Shown one piece after another: positions 11,799 through 24,900 of a DNA stretch of 64,000 nt. The stretch is taken from positions 111,258-175,257 of the forward strand of contig NW_015160305.1 of assembly GCF_001447785.1 (NCBI RefSeq), given 5' to 3'. The position numbers and the translations under genes are program-made. How positions within the stretch are numbered: the first letter of the stretch is position 1; each line of letters begins with the position of its first letter. The stretch is from Gekko japonicus. Its lineage: Eukaryota. Below the pieces are notes generated by a model that made no database searches, was not told the DNA's origin, and saw nothing but the letters and a program-made list of their open reading frames with translations.

Positions 11799-13731
11799 CC
11801 TCGTCATAGTCAAGCAAGCAGAGTGAGCAGAAAACAAAAGCTAAGCACAATAGCACTACAGTTAAGATTAGAATCCACATGCAAAAGAACCTCCTCAGGA
11901 AAGCTCTTCCGTTAGCATGTTCACAGCTTGGGGAACTCCTACAAGAGAATGACTCAGCCCTACCCCACTTTCCTGAGTAGATATAAATGACCTGCCTACC
12001 ATTTTTCTTCTCACCTTGACACAGAGAGTACTCCATCTTTCTGTGTTATACCTCTGAGGATGCCAGTCACAGCTACTGGCGAAACGTCAGGTCCTACAGT
12101 GCCAAGACCATGGCCATACAACCCGGAAAATCTACAACAGCTAATAAAAAAGCAAAACTGCTCGGTTTCGTTTTTACTTCCTTGTAAACCAGCTATTTGA
12201 GCAGCCAGAGCAGGGAGGAGGGTAAACTCCTGGAGGGAAAGAATAACCAGCATGTAACAGTTCAGCTCAACTTCCTTTTGCAAAAATAACTTGGCTTGGC
12301 AGCCGCAGATAAGCCACGGCAGGGCCATTATTTCCAAGTGCCCCCTTGTTTTGGGGATACTCCTCCCCAACATCTAGGAACACCCCATTTTGAATGCTGA
12401 TCCCGTGCTGACACCAGTTTGAATTCTGTTTCAGGTCCAGAGCATCATCTCACACAACACACTTTTATTTTATAGCTGGTCACTTTTTAAGTGCTGGTTT
12501 CGGTATCTTGAGGTACATACATGCCAACAAGCAAGCAATGTAAGGGGGGAAAATCCTTGCTGGTCAGAGCCAAATTTCGCATGCGCTGCCTTCCTGGAGT
12601 TTAAAATCTGTCTCCCCTAAAAGTGTCTTTCTCTGCTCACTGACTGCCTGCGTCCTCTCCTTTCACCCCATCTCCCCGAGATAGCCCATCATATGCCTTC
12701 ATTGCTCTCCCTTCCAAAGCAATTTTTCCCCGAGGAGTTTGCTGTGATCCCCCCTGGGGAAGAGGGAGCCTGAAACAAAACTCTTCACCTAGAAGATGCC
12801 AACTCTGCCCTCAGATCCACCCAACAGGCCCGGGACCCAGCAAAATCGGCCAGACGTCCACCTGCACCGGAGATATAGGCTATCAAGGGCCTGTTTTCCA
12901 TTTGCATTGGCCAAACCGAACATTCAAAATGGAAATGCCTAGAAAACAGCAGGGAAGCCTTTTGGCTTCTCTGGACATTCATTCAGTGGCCTTAAACTAG
13001 AAGAACTCTGCATAAGATTGTGCTGATAATTTTTCGACTGGGTCTTGCTTCTCACCTGTGTTTTCCGGTGTAAGTCCAGGTGTGCCAACCTCAAGGCCGG
13101 GGCCTGGGGTTCTCCTGGAATGACTGTCGATCTGCAGACTGTAGATATCAATGGCCTGTAGGAAATGGCAGCTTCAGAGGGCAGTCTCCATGGCATGCCA
13201 CAGTGGTCCCCACCTTTCTGAGCCCGTGGGCACTTCCTAGGGTTGCCAAGTGTGATTTTCGCCGCAGCAGGGGACTCCCGGCTGGCGGCTGAACTGTGCG
13301 CGCGCAAAGCACGTGCGCGAAGCATGTGCGTGCCGCATCCACGTCACTCGGAAGTGACGTGACCACGCCGGGCACGCTGGGGGCAGGGCCACGACCATCC
13401 GAGGGAAAACCATAGAGTCACTTCTGGGTGATGTGCACGTCGGGGTGGGGTTCCCCCCGGGGCCCGATCCACCAGCGGCAGGGAACGGGCCTCTGGGGCG
13501 GGGTTTTCCCCGCCCCCTGGGGGGACTTGGCGAGCCTAGCACTTCCAGAATTCTGACACAGTGTGGTGGGCACAGCCAATGGGTGCCATAAGAGGTAGAG
13601 CTAGCCACAAAATGGCTGCCTCACTTTACCTTCAGTCACTCAGTTAGCGTTGCCAGCTCTGGGTTAGCAAATACCTGGAGATTTTGGGGATAGTGTTGCT
13701 GCCAGAGGTGCTTACTCCAAGAGCTTACAGT

Positions 13732-13937
13732 CAGTGTTCCCTCTAAGCTGAGTTAGTGTGAGCTAGCTCACAGTTTTTTAGCCTCCGGCTCACACATTTT
13801 TGCCTTAGCTCAGGAAAGATGGCTCCGGAGCAAACTGATTTATGCAGCAGCCAAATTGCTTGCTCACGACGTTCATGCCAGTAGCTCACCAAGTAGAATT
13901 TTTTCTCACAAGACTCCACAGCTTAGAGGGAACATTG
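13732..13937 (+). mobile_element. ~205-bp hAT MITE, copy 1 of 9
   Basis: TIR CAGTGTTCCCTCTAAGCT...AGCTTAGAGGGAACATTG, 8-bp TSD CTTACAGT. Confidence 0.9.
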
Positions 13938-14304
13938 CTTACAGTAGCCCCTGTAAGAAGAGCTCTGTAAGCTCTTGGAGGATTGGCTACATTAGGGGGT
14001 GTGTTGCCTAATACGCAAAGGAGTTCCTGCTACAAAAAGAGCCCTGGATAACTATATCTTTGTATTATCAAAGCTTAATGTAACTCCTTCACCTTTTCAC
14101 AATCAACAAAAGTTTCTGTTTACAAACATTACACCATACATTTAAGATGTTGAGAGCCAGTTTCGTGGAGTGGTTAAGAGCACGGACTTTAATCTGGGAG
14201 AACCAGGTTTGACTCCCCACTCCTCCACATGCAGCTGCTGGTGTGACCTTGGGTCAGTTAAAAGTTCTTTCAGAGCTGTTCTCTCACCCTACCTACCTCA
14301 CAGG

Positions 14305-14511
14305 CATTGCTCCCTCTAAGCTATGGAGGCTTGTGAGCAAAAATTCTACTTTGTGAGCTACTGGCATTAAAGTTGTGAGTGAGCGATTTGGCTACTGCAC
14401 AAATTAGTTTGCTCTGGAGCCATCCTTCCTGAGCTAAGACAAAAATCTGTGAGCTGGGGGCTAAAAAAACTATGAGCTAGCTCACACTAACTCAGCTTAG
14501 AGTGAACACTG
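14305..14511 (-). mobile_element. hAT MITE copy 2, nested in a tRNA-head SINE
   Basis: Same TIRs, TSD CTCACAGG. Confidence 0.9.
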
Positions 14512-15278
14512 CTCACAGGGTGTCTGTTGTGAGGAGGAGAAGGGAAAGGAGATTGTAAGCTGCTCTGAGACCCCTCTGGGTAGTGAATGGTGGGGTATAA
14601 ATGCAATCTCCTCCTCCTCCTCCCCCTCCTGAATACATGCTAAAAGACACATTAATGCAAATAGTCCGATTTTCTGGCCAGTTTTTCTTTTCTTTTTTCT
14701 TCCATGTTATAGTTTTACATAGCACCTCCTGCAGTTTCCACAATGGGGGTCCAAGCCATCCCATTGTGGAAATTGCAGGAGGTGCTATGTAAAACAATAA
14801 CATGGAAGAAAAAAGAAAAGAAAAACAGACCACTATATCAGACCCAGACCTGGCAATGCTAACTGTTTGCATTAATGTATCTATTGGCATGTATCCATCC
14901 TTAGAAGTTTGGTGGAATGTTTGAAAATAGGAACTTTTGTTGATTGGGCAAAGGTGAAGGAGTTACACTAACCTTTGATAATACAAAGATACAGTTACCA
15001 TATCAGGGATGTATTTTGTTGTTTACCACCTGGAGATTGGCAGACCCAGTGTGGTGGCAGCTGCTGCCAAAGTAACTTTTTAAAAAATCAAATCTTCAAT
15101 GGCCAAAGAGAAGTCTTGCTGGGCAAAAGCCCGCCTGGCTTTACCCATTTTCTTTAAAATATAAACTTGACAGGTGCCAGCAAAGGTGTTGGCAGGTGCC
15201 ATGCCACCCATGAGCACCACATTGAGGACCACAGTATACCATAAAGTCTAGGAGAAATGGAAGAGCTAGATTGGTTGC

Positions 15279-15702
15279 TGTTGGGTTTGCAAGTTAAAAC
15301 ACTTCAGCAATAATAGAGATAAGTTTTGACTGTGTTTCATTAACAGAAAGTCACATGTTTTGTTATACCCAATATGTTTACTAAGTAGAAAAGCCCGGGA
15401 ATTTTGTGGGAGGTCTTACTGTAATGACTTGAAGTTTAGCCCTGTGATTGGAGATCAATGTATTGGCTATTTAGCATGTTGGAGTTTATGTTTCCTGCCT
15501 TGTCTCTTGAAGAAGAAGACAACGCCTTTTTCTTTCGCTAAAGATGTAGGGATTTAGTCCTTTCTTATATTGCATCCTGTTTACCTTTTCCATGTTAGAT
15601 TTCTAGTAAACTTTTATATTTTACAAACATACACATGACTCAGTCACTCTATTTTTTGCTCTGCTGATTTTTATATCTGCTTAACTATATAGAATCCCAA
15701 CA
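15279..15702. mobile_element. Solo LTR (424 bp)
   Basis: TGTTGGG...CCCAACA termini, 5-bp TSD GTTGC; empty site in unit 1 near 3188. Confidence 0.8.
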
Positions 15703-16139
15703 GTTGCAAACAGTGGATGCTCTAGGAAACAGGTGTCAAAGTCCTTTGTTATGAGGGCTGGATATGACATAAATGTCACTTTGTTGGGCCAGGACATGTA
15801 TGCCATAATATGTAACACACGGTATTGGAGATAAAACTTTTTAAAGATTATTTCAGATGCTGAATGGCAATAGCAGGTGTGATTGAATTAGGTGTGATCT
15901 GCAGAGGGGTGGAGAGAGCAGCATTGGTGTGATATACAGAGGCGTGGAGATATCAGCATTGGTAATGAGATGGGAAACCTAGATCTCAGTTTGGTACAGG
16001 AGGATTCAGTCCAGAAGGATGCAAAGAATAAATGGAAATAAGTCTGAAGAAATGAGCAGTGACTCACAAAAGCACATACCCTGCCACAATTTTGTCTGTC
16101 TTTAAAGGTGCTACTGGACTCTTACTCTTTCTACCACTA

Positions 16140-16520
16140 TTAGAAACCACAACATTCAAAAACCAGTGGGGGAACATTTTAACCTTCCAGGGCATTCAGT
16201 TGCTGACCTAACAGTAGCAGTTCTCTTACAATGGAATTTCAAAGGGAGATTAGAAAGAGAGACTGATGAATTGCAATTGATCATGAAGCTCAAGACAACA
16301 CAGACTCCTGGACTGAACTGAGACCTAGGTTTCTTCTCTCATCACCAATGCCTGCTATTGTCTTTCGGCATCTGAAATCACCTCACTCTCTAAGGTATAA
16401 GGACAGATGGACTCACATTCCAGCTGTATCTGAAGAAGCGAGCAGTGATTCATGAAAGCTCATGCTCTGCCACAAACTTTGTTAGTCATTAAAGTGCTGC
16501 TGCACTCTTGCTCCCTTTCA
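16140..16520 (+). mobile_element. Penelope-like element fragment (GIY-YIG C-terminus and 3' tail)
   Basis: Translates to 'QKPVGEHFNLPGHSVADL...RETDELQLIMKLKT', typical of the Penelope endonuclease end. Confidence 0.65.
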
Positions 16521-16619
16521 CTAATAGGGAATGCAAGCTATGCTGTTAGGTCACCCCCACACCTGTTAGAAATGGAAAGGGCGATCTCTCCAAGAGCCAT
16601 GGTATGGGCTCTCTCTCTT

Positions 16620-16905
16620 TCTCATACCAGAAATAAAAGGTTTTTTGGTCTTAAACACAGGAATCCCCGCCATACCTGGAAGAAAACATTTTTGCATCTT
16701 AAACACAGGACTCCCCCCCCCCCCATACCTGGAATAAAAGATTTTTGTATCTTAAACACAGGACTCCCCCACCATACCTGGAATAAAATGTTTTTGGGTC
16801 TTAAACAAAGGGATCTTCCTCCCCATACCTGGAATAAAAACATTTTTGGGTCTTAAACAAAGGACTCTCCTCCTCCATACCTGGAAAAAAATGTTAAACA
16901 AAGGG
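16620..16905 (+). repeat. Minisatellite, ~45-50 bp unit, about 6 copies
   Basis: Repeats of CCATACCTGGAATAAAA..TTTTTGGGTCTTAAACACAGGACTC. Confidence 0.8.
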
Positions 16906-17216
16906 CTCTCTCACTTTCTGGTGTGCTCCCTTTGGCTCACTCCCTTCCTCTGAAGGAAAAGTGTGCTTCTACCTGGAATAAAATGCTGCTGGTCTTCTTA
17001 GAAGTCCCATGAGATGCTACCCCCCCAGCTCTTTCCCACCTCCTCCCTCCCCAGAGGGGGAGGGGGGAAGAGCCTTCAGCCAATGAAGGGAAGGCTTTAT
17101 TTCTCTCCTATGAAGCAGAAGCTAGGAGAGAATGGCCGGAAGGAGCTGTGATGGTAGATACAGGAAGCAGCATAGTCAGCTGTTCTTGGGCTGGATTGAC
17201 ACCCCATGCTCTAGGA

Positions 17217-17538
17217 CAGTGATGGCGAACCTTTTAGAGACCGAGTGCCCAAACTGCGACCCAAAACCCACTTATTTATCGCAAAGTGCCAACACGGCAA
17301 TTTAACCTGAATACTGAGGTTTTACTTTAGAAAAAAAACAACTCATACATTAACTTAAGATGATCCAAACAAAGTAAGGAAAGCAATCCCAAATGCTTTC
17401 ATTTACTTAAAATTATTTGGCAGAGAATTAGACACTTTAATGATGGTCTGGGCCTGGCTGGGGTGATGGCACGCGTGCCCACAGAGAGGGGCTCTGAGTG
17501 CCACCTCTGGCACCCGTGCCATAGGTTCGCCACCACTG
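17217..17538. mobile_element. hAT MITE (322 bp)
   Basis: TIR CAGTGATGGCGAACC / GGTTCGCCACCACTG, 8-bp TSD CTCTAGGA. Confidence 0.88.
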
Positions 17539-17801
17539 CTCTAGGACATCTGTTCAGGCCTTTTGGAACTTATTGTTGCAGAAGGACTTTAATTTTGGAC
17601 TAAGAACAGAGAGGGTCTTGTCTGCTTACAGCTCTGTCTGAATATTTTTTTTGGATACCACGGTTTTAGGAATGTCATGTGATGGGACATAGATGGGGGG
17701 GAGTTAACATGTAAACTGCTTTCTTTAAGTACACTTTGGGCAGGAAAGTGGTTAATAATTATACTAAGCTCAATAAATAATAAAAGGACAACTGAATATG
17801 C

Positions 17802-18100
17802 AGTTTTCACTTCAATTGCTGCTACCTGAGAAAGACTCCAACCAGCTGCATTGTTAGTGTAAAATCCCTTCCCCTTTCTTCCTGGAAGGGCCGACCAAAA
17901 CAAGGGAGTGGAGCTGAAACTTGCTTTCGCTTTTGTTGCCTGGCTGACTTTGGCTCTTCCTTTATCAGAAAAGGCAGCAAAGACCAGAGAAGCTTTTTGA
18001 ATGGACAAAGGAGAGGCCTCCCCCTCCGGAACCAAGCCTCTGTCCACCCTGTGAGTTTACAACCTCTACAGATACTTCAACCCCGCCAAGATCAGGAACG
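17802..18100 (+). promoter_or_regulatory. Interferon-responsive promoter and non-coding exon 1 of IRG gene 2
   Basis: AGTTTTCACTTC 17802-17813, GAS TTCCTGGAA 17879-17887, TTTCGCTTTT 17925-17934, donor G|GTAAGC at 18100. Confidence 0.6.
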
Positions 18101-19769
18101 GTAAGCCAGACTCTCTCTGCTATCCGTCCACCACTCAGCCTCTCCTGCATTTCAGCAACTCTGCTTTAGTGATCAGAACCGACATTGTTTCAAAATACCA
18201 GGTTTTAAAAAAATGTGGGCGCAGAGCAGATTTAACTGAGGGCTGCAAGGAGAAAGAAGCCAGCAGTGTCCCTGCTTTTTCTTCCTTTGAAGCCATAAAT
18301 CCAGCTGCAGTTCAGCCCTGCAGGAAGATTCACAGCTGGTCTGTCTCTGTCTGCTCTATCCCAGATTCCATTTCAACAAAGCAGTGTAATTTAAGAGCGT
18401 TTCTTACTGTTACTGGTTACAGTACAGTGAGTACCGTGAGAGCCAGTTTGGTGTCGTGGTTAAGGGAGAATCGGGTTTGATTCCCCACTCCTCCACTTGC
18501 ACCTGGCTGGATGACCCTGGGCAAGCCATAGCTCTGATAAGAGCTGTTCTTGAAAAAGAGCCGTTTCTGTCAAGAGCTCTCTCAGCCCCACCTGCCTCAC
18601 AGGGTGTCTGTTGTGGGGAGGGGGAGGGAAAGGAGTTTGTAAGCTGCTCTGAGACTCCATTGGGTAGTGAAGGGTGGGGTATAAATCCAATCTCCTCCTC
18701 TTCTTCTATTTTTACCTCACAGGGTGTCTGTTGTGGGGAGGGGAAGGGAAAGGAGTTTGTAAGCCGCTCTGAGACACATTTGGGTAGTGAAGGGCGGGGT
18801 ATAAATCCAATCTCTTCTTCTTCTTCTACTTGTTACTATCAATATCAAACAGGTGCTCTTTTAAAATACAAAAGGGCTTTGTGTCTTTGGCATGCACAGC
18901 TAGGACAGCAGGCACATTTACTTGCTTTATGATGTTTTCCACGGAGTACATAACAGGAAGAAGCAGGTGAAGTGTTTGCCTTCCCTTCAAGTAGATCAGG
19001 GGTCTTCAATGTGGTGCCCATGAGTGTCCACGAATACATTTTCTGGAGCCCACCCAGTGTCTTTAGAAAGTGGATGAGGCTTTTGCCCGGCAAGCCTTCT
19101 GATTGGCCATTGGAGGTTTGATTGGCTGTGCAGATTTTTTTGATATTAATAAAGGGGTTGTGCAATATCTTTTGTGATATTTTAAGAGACGATACTTAGA
19201 TGTTTTCATACATGATGTATTATGGCTTATATGATAAATAATATATGGTGAATAAATTGTAAAAATATAAAACAAAAAATATACAAAAATTATTTGAGAT
19301 ATTCGTCTGTAGCACAGTATTTGCTGATTGACGGTAAGCTGTGGCAGCCATTTTGTGACTGGCTCTGCCTCCTGAGGCAGCTATTTCCTGGCAGCCATTT
19401 TGTGGCTGCACCCATGATACTGTGTCAGAATTCTGAAGGTGCCTCCAAGCTCCTGATCTGGACACTGGGTAAAAAAAATCACATCCATATTTTTTGCTTA
19501 TTGTGCCATGAATATATCTTAGTTTCTTCATCATCCTCATGTTCCCTCTGTTGTTGTTAGCTATATTTCAACTGATGTCCCCTTCCTGTACCATCCCTAA
19601 ATATTCCTCCCTTCAAGAGGGAATATACTTGGCGGCTGACCCTTTAGCTGTCGAAAGGTGCCAGAGCCCTGCCAGAAAGAAAATTGGCAACCCTAAGAGG
19701 ACCTTCTCATCACAGAACTTGAAAGTTAATAAATGAAAGAATGAAAATTTGAGTGTCACTATTCAACTT

Positions 19770-20055
19770 AACATAAGAACATAAGAGAAGCCAATGTTGG
19801 ATCAGGTCGATGTTCCATCTAGTCCAGCACTCTGTCACAGGGTGACAGAGTGCTGGACTAGGTGCCATCAGGAGGTCTATCAGTGGGGCCAGGTGCCATC
19901 AGGAGGTCTATCAGTGGGGCCAGGACACCAGAAGCCCTCCCACTGTTGCCCCCGCCCAAAGCACCAAAAATACAGAGCATCCCTTGCCCAAGCCTGTGAG
20001 TTCCTATCTATACCTCGTGGCTAATAGCCACTGATGGACTTCTGCTCCATATGCA
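19770..20055 (-). mobile_element. CR1 LINE 3' end fragment
   Basis: ACATAAGAACATAAGA tail (reverse of the CR1 8-bp repeat tail) followed by CR1-like 3' UTR. Confidence 0.6.
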
Positions 20056-20799
20056 GGCCCGTAGCCAGGATTTTTTTAGTTGGGTGTCTGGACCAAGGAC
20101 AACCCCTCTCCCATTCTCAGGCGCTGAACTCACAGCCACCTGGGGCCCTCGGGGAACTCACCGGGTCCTGGTCCTTTGTTAAGGCTCTTTAGCATCTGGG
20201 TTCCCTTTGAGGATGTACGTAGATGTTCAGCAAGTACTCCTGGCACAGCAAATTTTTAAAAAGTCTCTCTGCATTTATTCAAATTGTTCAAATAATGAAG
20301 AGTGTTTGCTGGGCAGAAACCACTCACAAATCACAACATTGGCAAAACAACAACAACACTATACTCGTGCTGGGCAGAGGCCTAGTCTCTGAATCACTAA
20401 ATACTTGGAGGCTTCCCTTTGTGGGGGTGATCTTAGAACTCGACTGTCTCACTCAAAGGCTTAAGAAAGAGAATCTGTTCTGATAGGAACGGTCCTTGGT
20501 ATTCTGCTTGAAGCTTTGATTCAAGTCTTCTCCGATAGCGCTGCCGTCCCGATAGCTAACCTGCTGAGGCTGTCCGGCATCTCCCTTTTGTCAGCCCCCA
20601 TGACCCCTGTTAGTCAATCAGGGCATAGTTGACTAATCCCCATTGCTAGCCGGGAACCAGATAAAAGCATCTCATGCCAGCTGGTCAAGGCCCCCAGGTG
20701 CTTTTAATTAATGCTTGGCCCCAACAGGCTGCAACTAACCTGTAAGAGCTTACAACTTGATCGCACTTAATGAAAGCCTCAAAATCTACAAGTCCTGAT

Positions 20800-21005
20800 C
20801 AATGTTCCCCCTAAGCGGAGTTAGTGTGAGCTAGCTCACAGTTTTTTAGCCTCTGGCTCACACATTTTTGTCTTAGCTCAGGAAAGATGGCTCCAGAGCA
20901 AACTAATTTCTACAGCAGCCAAATCACTCACTCACAACTTTAATGTTAGTAGCTCACAAAGTAGAATTTCTGCTCACAAGACTCCACAGCTTAGAGGGAG
21001 CATTG
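20800..21005 (+). mobile_element. hAT MITE copy 3
   Basis: Same TIRs, TSD GTCCTGAT. Confidence 0.9.
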
Positions 21006-21195
21006 GTCCTGATCCTTACAATGGGGAACATTTAAATTTCTTAGGGGGCATTGCTTAATCAAATTAAAGGAATACCCGGCTCCTTCCCTGCACCAACCAC
21101 TTCTTGGGGGCCCTGGGCTGGATGGCAAGTCGTGGGGCATTGCCAGTAAGTCGGGGGGGGGGACTACCCCCAAGATGCCCACCTTTTATACTGTT

Positions 21196-21310
21196 TTGTT
21201 GTTGTTCAGTCGCACAGTCGAGTCCAACTCTTTGCGACCCCATGGACAAGATCTCGCCAGGCCCTCCTGTTTTCCGCTGTCCTCTGAAGTTTGCTCAATT
21301 TCATGTAGTT
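21196..21310 (-). mobile_element. BovB/RTE LINE 3' end fragment
   Basis: Reverse complement GTCCATGGGGTCGCAAAGAGTTGGACTCGACTG...(CAA)n. Confidence 0.65.
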
Positions 21311-21954
21311 GTCCCTCAAAAGAATAAATCTAATACACAAGGCTGCTGAATACAGATTCTGAATATTGTCCACCTAGCTCATTATGGTATTCTCCTGCTG
21401 GCAACTACTTTCTGGGGTCTCCAATGGAGAAAGACCTTTCTCAGGGCCCCCTGCCTCTTCCTCTTGTCACATGTTGCTCTTCAGTGGGGAGTATAACAGT
21501 CAGGACAAAGAGCCTGGAAGAAGCCAAAGCTCAGTTACCTGAATTTACTGTTGTAGGCCTGGCCAGCCAAAAGGGGAGCTACTCACTCTTAGATGAGTAC
21601 ATTCTCCAATATAGTTAACTGGGCTAAGGAAGGCATGTTTTTCTAACACGCAGAGGAGTGGGTTATATCACATCATGAACCTCACAAATTGAGCTGGTTT
21701 CTTTAGACCCTAAACATTTATGATGGCTTGTGGTTCATGAAATGAACTGAACCACATTCTCCCAGTTTGTGCACACCCCTAAGCATGTCTGGGTACCTTT
21801 GACCTTACAAATGAAGCAAGTGAACTGATGACCAAAGCCAGGGCCTTTTTGGTGGTGGCACCATGTCTCTGGACAGTTGTTCCCAGGGTATCTGGCTTTG
21901 TTAGTGTTGATCCACACTAGGGTGAGGAACTTCCTCTTTTTTGGAGGTGAATTG

Positions 21955-24900
21955 TGTTAGATCGCGCTAACAAAGGACTCGTAGAGTGATTCAGCAAGTG
22001 ATTCAGCTTTATTAGAAGTAACGAACAAGCACTAACTCAGTAAGAAACCAGAACAGAAAACAGTGGGAGCTTATGCTCCTTTTAAACATAACCGGGCTAA
22101 TGTAGCCACGCCTATTTACAAATAACAACCAATGAGATTGCTTGGATAAGGGCCAATGGGAGTCTTTCCCTCCTAGGGAATGGTATCGTTCTGATTGGTC
22201 GCTGTTACGAAGCGACCAATAGGAAGTTCGCTCAGAGGAGCCCTGGTCTGGCTCGAAGCTTAACATAGGAGTCCTATGAGGTGATTCATGTAATCAGTTC
22301 AATACATTACAATTCCTCCCCCCTAAGTTAAGCCATCATCCCAATTGTTTTATTATTTACATACATTCAAGTCATGCTGTTGTACATCAACTGTTCCAAA
22401 ATACTTTATTACACTCGTAGTCTTTTAGATAAGTCGGCATCTGCCGCGTACGCTGAGACCTGCGAAGCGGTGCAGGCTCTATAGACACACAAGGTTGTGA
22501 GTCACTGTGGGGTTCACTACAGCCTGGTTCAGGCACAAACTCTACTGGGATTTCAGCCCCGCACACAGGGTTCTGCCCTGACTCGGGGACAGTACCGGGC
22601 CTTTCGGTACTCACCGCCTGCTCTGGGGGTCTCCACTCAACATCAGGGGAATCAGCCGTCGGAGAGTCAGCGCTGTCCCTAGCCCAACGTCTCCTTAACG
22701 GATCTATGTGGCGCCGCCATATTCGACCGTCAGCTAACTGCACCACATACATTCGAGTACCCACAGAGTCGGATATAACCCCAGGAAGCCACAAGTGCCC
22801 GTTTGCATAATTTCGTGCGAAAACCTTGTCCCCTTTTTCAAACATGCGCACCTTCGGTTGCGCCGTGGTACGCTCGGATTGCTCTTCAGTGAGGTCTGGG
22901 TGCATTCGGTTCAAACGGGTCGTGAGTCTCCGCCCCATTAACAATTCGGCCGGACTACGGCCTGTAGCACTACAGGGGGTGGTGTGCTGCAGCAAAAGAA
23001 AGGAGCCCAGCCTCTGGCTCCAGTCCCCTTCGTCCATTTTACCCAGGGCCTCTTTGGCCGTCCTGACCATCCGTTCGGCTTGGCCATTAGATGCCGGATG
23101 GAAAGGGGCCGAAGTCATTTGGCGTATGCCATTACTCGTGAGGAAGAGCCTAAATTCCTCAGACACAAATTGAGGCCCGTTGTCACTGACGATGACGTCA
23201 GGCAACCCGTGGGTGGCAAAAAGTCGGCGGAGCGCATGGATCACAGCAAGTGATGTGGTCGATTTCATATGCACGACCTCCAGCCATTTGGACATAGCGT
23301 CCACCACAATTAGGAACATTTGCCCTTGGAGAGGGCCAGCAAAATCTATATGCAATCTGGCCCAGGGTTTACCAGATGACTCCCAGCCTTGGGGTGTAGC
23401 TTGTGGGGGATCGGGTCTGACTTGCTGGCATTTGGGACACCCTCGTACCCATTCTTCGATCTCTTTGTCCAGCCCCGGCCACCAGACATACCCTCTGGCC
23501 AACGCTTTGGTGTGTACCATACCGGGGTGACCCTCGTGCAGCGACTCTAACACTCTCGTCCTGAGTTTGTCAGGAACCACCACCCTGTTCCCCCATAATA
23601 CACAGCCCTTAGAAATGGATAGTTCATTTTGACGGCTTTTGTAAGGGCCGAACTCCGGTTCAACGCTTCCAACCGGCCACCCCCTCCAAACCCAGTTTAA
23701 TACTCGGGACAGCACGCTATCCTTGGCCGTGTGTGCTGCAATGTCCCTGGATGATACCGGGGGTCGAGGAAGCTCCTCAATTGCCAAGACCTCACAGGCG
23801 GGGGCAGGGTCTGCGCCAATGTCCGGCACCGGGCACCGGCTGAGGGCATCCGCATGCCCAATCGCTTTCCCAGGCCGGTGCTCTAAGTCAAAATCATAAG
23901 CCTGCAAAAATATCGCCCATCTAAGCATGCGTGGGGACATGATGTTTGGCAATTGCTTATCGGGCGCAAAAATCCCCAGTAGCGGCTTGTGGTCAGTGAC
24001 CAGCAAAAATCGTCTGCCAAAAATAAAATCATGGAACTTTTTGACAGCCGCTACCAACGCCAGACCCTCCTTGTCTATCTGGGCATAGTTCCGCTCTGCC
24101 GCAGATAGTGATCTAGAATAAAAAGCGATAGGCGCTTCGCTCCCATCAGGCATCAGATGGCTTAAAACTGCGCCTACTCCAAACGGTGAAGCGTCAGCAG
24201 CTAACACCAGGAGCTTGTGTTCATCATAATGCGTGAGTACGGCATTAGATGTCAGCAGCTCCTTGACTCCCACAAAAGCCTTTTCCTCGGCCTGCCCCCA
24301 CTTCCATTTTGCCTCCTTGTGCAAAAGCGCGTGCAAAGGGGCCGCCACTGATGCCTTATGCGGTAAAAACGCATGATAAAAATTCAGGAGTCCTAAAAAG
24401 GATTGGAGCTCCTTCTTACTCACCGGCCTGGGGGCGTTTTGGATTGCAGATACCTTCTCATCCGTGGGGTGGACTCCCTCTGCGTCAATGCGAAACCCCA
24501 GGAAGTCCACACTTTCCACCCCGAGCGTGCATTTTGAGCGCTTAACTCTGAGGCCGGCATTTTGAAAACGCCTGAGGACCTCTTTAACCCGGTCCAGTAG
24601 TTCCTGTTCAGACCCGCCCGCAATCAGCACGTCGTCAAAATAGGGCACTGTGCCAGGTACCCCCCTTAGTAGACGTTCCATGAGGCCCTGAAAAATCCCA
24701 GGTGCTACGTTGACCCCGAATTGCAGCCTGTTCACTTTAAAAGCCCCTTGGTGGGTTACAATTGTTTGGGCCTCGGCAGCCTCCGGGGTGACAGGCAACT
24801 GCTGGTATGCCTGGGCCAGGTCAAATTTGGCGAAAATCTTGCCACCCCCCAGGGAAGCCAAAATGTGGCTTATTACCGGGACCGGGTACGAATGTTGCTG

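Larger units (their letters stand above)
15728..17208. mobile_element. Degenerate hAT (Charlie-like) element with nested repeats
   Basis: GGTGTCAA/TTGACACC termini, flanked by CTCTAGGA at 15720-15727 and 17209-17216. Confidence 0.6.

Noticed and set aside
16620-16905. CRISPR-like array
   Set aside because: Eukaryotic minisatellite with no unique spacers and no cas genes
22012-22266. Duplicated 84-85 aa ORF (also 26626-26883)
   Set aside because: It lies within the two LTRs, so the duplication is explained by LTR identity
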